From Psilocybe cubensis (Eukaryota): a stretch of 64,000 bases of DNA. Made by a program: the position numbers and the translations under genes. The notes below the pieces were generated by a model, which was given only the letters and a program-made list of their open reading frames with translations, had not been told where the DNA came from and made no database searches. The stretch covers positions 992,001-1,056,000 of the forward strand of contig CM039002.1 in NCBI GenBank assembly GCA_017499595.2, given 5' to 3'. Of the stretch, positions 59,333 to 64,000 are shown in pieces. Position 1 is the first letter of the stretch, and each line of letters begins with the position of its first letter.

Positions 59333-62300
59333 TCAGAAAAGCACTGCTAGGAGCCTACTCCAACGGGTCGTGGGTATTTCCTCGCCATCGTCATGAATAT
59401 AACCTCTGTCAAAGCGCATTTCGCGAAGAGTGACCATTTTGGTCCTGGAAGTCATAATCTCAAGGTCAACGAAGAAAACCTTGATAATAATGAAAACAAA
59501 AACAAATTATTGACCTGAATATCAACTTATACCCTAGGATGGCTAGTAAGAAAAAAGGCTGTTTTATTTACAAAGAACGTCGTGAATACATTAATCTTTT
59601 ATAATAGGTCATAAATGAATATCAACACTTACAATGGCGAGATAAGATGAAACAAAAGTCGGCACCCAGTTTCCTATATCTGGGTCGGACTCTACAGGTA
59701 TATCGTCTAGTTCCCGAGCTGCATAAAATACCTGGGTCGTGAGCTGGTCCCTAAAACAGTTTGCGTGTTGCAACGAGCTACTTACCCATTCTCCAGGGCC
59801 CAGGACGTGTAAAAACGAACCAACCATTAAAGATTAGGATAAGCACGCACATCACAAAAGCATAAATTGCTATCTATACCACGCGATCATGTAAAGCAAA
59901 TCGGCACGGGATCACAGTAGGTCCACGAGGCAACTTACCCATGGCTGCATGCGATATCTGTTTTTGTACAGTTCTTGGTGAGTTTGCTTGAAATCCTTGA
60001 AATCCTTTTCCTTAGCGATAGTCCCTTGATACCAACTATAATCAGGAAACCACCGGGTCAATGTCATTCTACGAAGCAATTCAAACCATTTAAATATTCT
60101 CACCGAAGGTATGTAAAAAGCATGCCAATCCATGACAGCAAGGCAGTCGTGCTGTTCAGAGATGAGAGCCAATGGAATATCTATGCATGAAGTCGAGAAG
60201 TGAGTACACAGGGCACTTGATCATAAGAATCTTGACAAAACTCACTTCCTCGGCACTCGTCTGAGATACGGACATAAAGGCTAACAGTGCGATGCATGCA
60301 GATACGAGAATTCCAACCCATGGAATGACTGTTTTTTTGCGTTTGCTGTGATAGATTGCAGCACAAAATCGTGGGGCATGACCACATCTTGAAAGATAGT
60401 ACAGGAATCGACTAGAGATGTATACTTTCCAAAGGATCCAGTTAGATTACAAGATTTAGTCGTAGTAGATATACTGACCATCTGAAGTAGCGGCACTGAA
60501 CGCAGATATTACGAACGCTGCGTTGCAGATATGCTCTAAGTGTTTGAGATGCGAATATTCCATGGCGATGACAAAGGGCGAAGATAGAACAAGGGTGTGA
60601 CCAGGACTCCCTGTGGTCGGTCCTGTGAGCCTAGGATCGTCAGACCTGACCAACAGTCCTGCCACAAAGACTGCCAGGACATAAAACAGGGTTCTAATGA
60701 ACAACATGATCTCAGGTCATAAAATCTCAGCTCACGCAAAACAGACCACTTGCATTCGTATCCAGACGCGATTCACTGCGCGAGGAATATTCTAAGTTGC
60801 TATTCAGAAAAGAAAACTTAACTTTTATAACCGAGTAGAGATTATATACCTTTGCCGGGTTCTGCACCTGGGTAGAGACAAAATTCGTATTTTTTGTCTG
60901 TGAATGGAAATCGGAAGAAAAAAGGTATATACCTCTCCAGCAGCGACACCGGGAATTTCGGTCCCAAAAAATGCAAAAACGGCCTACAGAGACGTCACAT
61001 GTTACTGTAAATCGTCCAAAAGGATTTTGCACGATGAAAAGAAAGCATACCTGACTCATTGAAGACCATACACCCAAGAACTTGCCGAGGGAACCCTTCG
61101 CTCTCCATTCCACGAACGGGCCTGGATCTCTCCAGTTTTTGAAGCCAATAAACCTATTCAGATTATGAACGAAAACAAAATCAATCAACAATTTCGTGAC
61201 AATTACACACCCTCCTGTTCCGCCTCCCAGGTCAAGAATGATTCCCGTAATTATGAGAGATACAATGGTAAGAATCTTGAAACAGCTAAAGGCAAACTCT
61301 GCCTCGCCATACGCCCGAGACCCGAAGCAATTGATACCGATTGCAAGGACGAGCTAAACAGAAAATGTCATTAATGTGTGCGATCGGCTTCGATGCTCTG
61401 CAAGCTCACCATTATGCTCATGGTTATAAGGTTGATATTACTGGAAAGGAACACAACGGTTCAGAATCACATTACGATTGAGCCTTCCACGAGGAAACAC
61501 ACGTACTGTATAGACTCAGCGCTCGCATTGGGAAAAAAACCATTAAAAAGTATCGCTGCGGCACTCAGTTCTGTCGGTAAAATTATTGCCCTAAAAATAC
61601 ATAGTTATTCGTTGGCCATCACAGTAAGCAAAAACAACCTACCAGTTATACCATGCGTTCCAACCTGAGTACACGAGTCAGCGCATGTATGGTTTTGTAA
61701 CATCTGACAACATGGAATACCCAGTGCGAAACCCAGAGCAGGATCAACATATAGTCCTGCAAGTCCAACTGGACCACCTACATTGGGCCTAGGTATATAG
61801 TTAGTGGTAGTGAGTGTTCGAAAGGGAACGTTAAACTTGCAAAAAAGCGACTATCTCTCCGATGGATATCACCTAGTTTTTCACAGCTTTTAAAAGGTAC
61901 TTTTGTCCGCCGAAAAAGAACAGGCTTACGACAGACCAAACAACTGTCCCAGTTATTATATAACCCTAGATTTCTTTCACCATAGTAATTCAAAAATATG
62001 ACGATTGTAACGAACCAAAAGTGTGCCAACAGGACCAGCATGACGCAACGCTACAGAACAGTAAGATGTGGGTCCGCTAGTGAACAATCCATTAAGCGAC
62101 TAAAAATACCCGTTGCGGTTCCAATGTATAGGCCAGTCCTAATTTTGGTAAAAATTCAGCTAATGGCCTCTGTCAAAATTAACGAATATATGATCCGCCT
62201 CACCCAATGACACCACCTACATCCCCAATAATGAGGTCAAACCAGTTTCGGGATCCGATGAAGGGAGGAAACTCGCCTATTGATATGACACTGACTTCGT

Positions 62301-62710
62301 GCAAAAAGAATTGAACACCATGCAAATATGCCACAAGTTGGTGTAATTTTCCCACTTACTATGTCTGATCATCAGAAAATAAAGCAAGTGAGTATACAAG
62401 GACACAACGTGTTGGGTACAACGCACACCTTCGATTGATTTGAGGCGGAAGCTCTTGTCCGATCTCGCCCCATCTTCAGTAAACAACCGTATTAGATTCT
62501 GCAGGAAAGGAGACTTTAAAACAGATTGAAGGCAAACCTTTCCTGATACTTCTCTATCCGTATTTTTGCTGCGTCGAATATGGGTCTTCTTGAATTGTGA
62601 CTATTGGATCGAAGTGGTCGACCACTTGCACTTTGCCCCAGCGGTGAAGTGGATGAGTTTGTGGCAGGACTGACGGTTCGGACCCTGTTGCGCAGTTCAA
62701 GCTGTTCCAT
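59333..62710 (-). CDS. Amino-acid permease (APC/YAT family), tandem copy 2
   Basis: Colinear paralogue of copy 1 with matching exon boundaries where checked; MEQLELR start and the identical C-terminus TRWSRLLAVLF*. Confidence 0.88.
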
Positions 62711-64000
62711 GGACGGGTAGTGCGTGGGATACGGGAATGGAAAGGTAGAAAGGAAGGAATGAAAGATCAAATCCTTCGGGCGTCGTGGGCTGTTATAATG
62801 ACTTGAAAGATGCCTATTCTGTAGTGCTGCCCCGACAGCGCGGATGTTTAGATTGAAATCATAGAACACAATGCAAACGGCCGAGCGAAAATAGTGACCC
62901 AATAGAGATAACGTCAAAGATAGCCCCATTTTGACAGATGCTATTAGCGCGCAGTGGGGTGCGGAATGCACTCGTGTTCTTGGGTGCCGTGTGCCATCCC
63001 GACAGTATTCTTGCATGGGTGGACGCTATGCGCTCTAAAGCACGGGAATCAACAGAGATAGCAGTTATCCCCCGTAGTTTCTGATTCTGTGAGATTGAAG
63101 TCTAATGCCTCAGACAGTTCCTGAGAATTGGCACACCAGTTTGGGGCAGCCAGGCGCGCGATAGGACACCGAGGAACAAGCCTCCTCTATGTCCATCTCG
63201 AGTGATGCGAAGCGCAGAATGGGGAGAAAGCAAAACACGATAACAGAGCACAAAGTTAAACTTAGAATGTTACCCGAGAAAGATGGGGAGTAAAGGAACC
63301 AAAGAAAAAAATGGCGTATTAGAGTATGGAGCATGTCAAGCTCTCGGAGTCTCTCACCCTGTTGTCTGTTGTCCTGAGGTTAGTTATTCATGATCCGTTT
63401 TAATCTCCGTCAGGGGCTGTACCCAGAAAGATAAAACATCCGGCAGACACCTAAAAATTTTATGATTGGGACGAAGGTTGTGAACACCCACAATAAGATC
63501 TGTATTACATTGAATTCCATACGAACAATTCGCATGCCTCGCAAGACATTCCTCGGAAAAGGTTCGCGAAGAAGTGGTCAAAACTCCGTGGATTTGTGAT
63601 AATCAATGTAATTAGTGACTCGGGCAGTTAAACTGACAAGATATCGGTACTATAACACCCTTTGTCCCTTGGGTGATATCTTGAGTAGATAGTGCAGAAC
63701 TTCACAAGTTCACATAGACGGCATATTGGTATTCACTGAATTGGGGTTTCGACATCAAAGAAAGCGGTGAAGTCCTTATGATAATGTTTAGTGACTAGTC
63801 CTCATGGATCAGGTATAATAGTCGGAGATAGGTTGGAGAAGGAGTTGCGGTATCATATATTTCTGTAAAGAAAATATGGGTGTCCTCCAAGGACGGTATG
63901 GTGATAATGATTTCAACCCCTCACGGGCATGACCGATGGACTTGTAAAGCAACGTAACCTTCATGACTGCACTTCGTATAAGTGCTGTGCAACAATGTAA

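Overview
Gene-dense eukaryotic DNA from a fungus, most likely an agaric basidiomycete (inferred from ~45-70 nt GT/GC-AG introns, microexons and agaric-type F-box and G-domain gene families). The supplied ORF track therefore mostly shows exon fragments and shadow ORFs, and all spliced gene models below were assembled by eye. In order: 3' end of a Rai1/DXO nuclease; a Whi5/Nrm1-motif, Stb1-like cell-cycle regulator followed by ~2.3 kb of simple-sequence DNA; a SUR7/PalI protein; an intronless multi-pass membrane protein; a P-loop GTPase with coiled coil; an F-box gene interrupted by a complete, apparently very young Ty1/copia element (identical 181-bp LTRs, AAGAC target-site duplication, half-tRNA-type PBS, intact 1389-aa polyprotein); an Irc21-like cytochrome b5 protein; an RS/P-rich protein; an enoyl-CoA hydratase; an F-box/LRR-like gene; a UPF0658-like membrane protein; two tandem epoxide hydrolases; BUB1; PBP1/ataxin-2; a small glycine-zipper protein; a second F-box/LRR-like paralogue; a GMC oxidoreductase; a membrane protein; a DnaJ protein; and two tandem, microexon-rich amino-acid permeases. 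No rRNA, tRNA or CRISPR array was seen. I found no demonstrable new multi-gene system. The best leads are the copia insertion and its effect on the host F-box gene, the Whi5/Stb1-like protein with MCB-like sites, the microexon and GC/GT donor swaps in the permease pair, and the intronless membrane gene.
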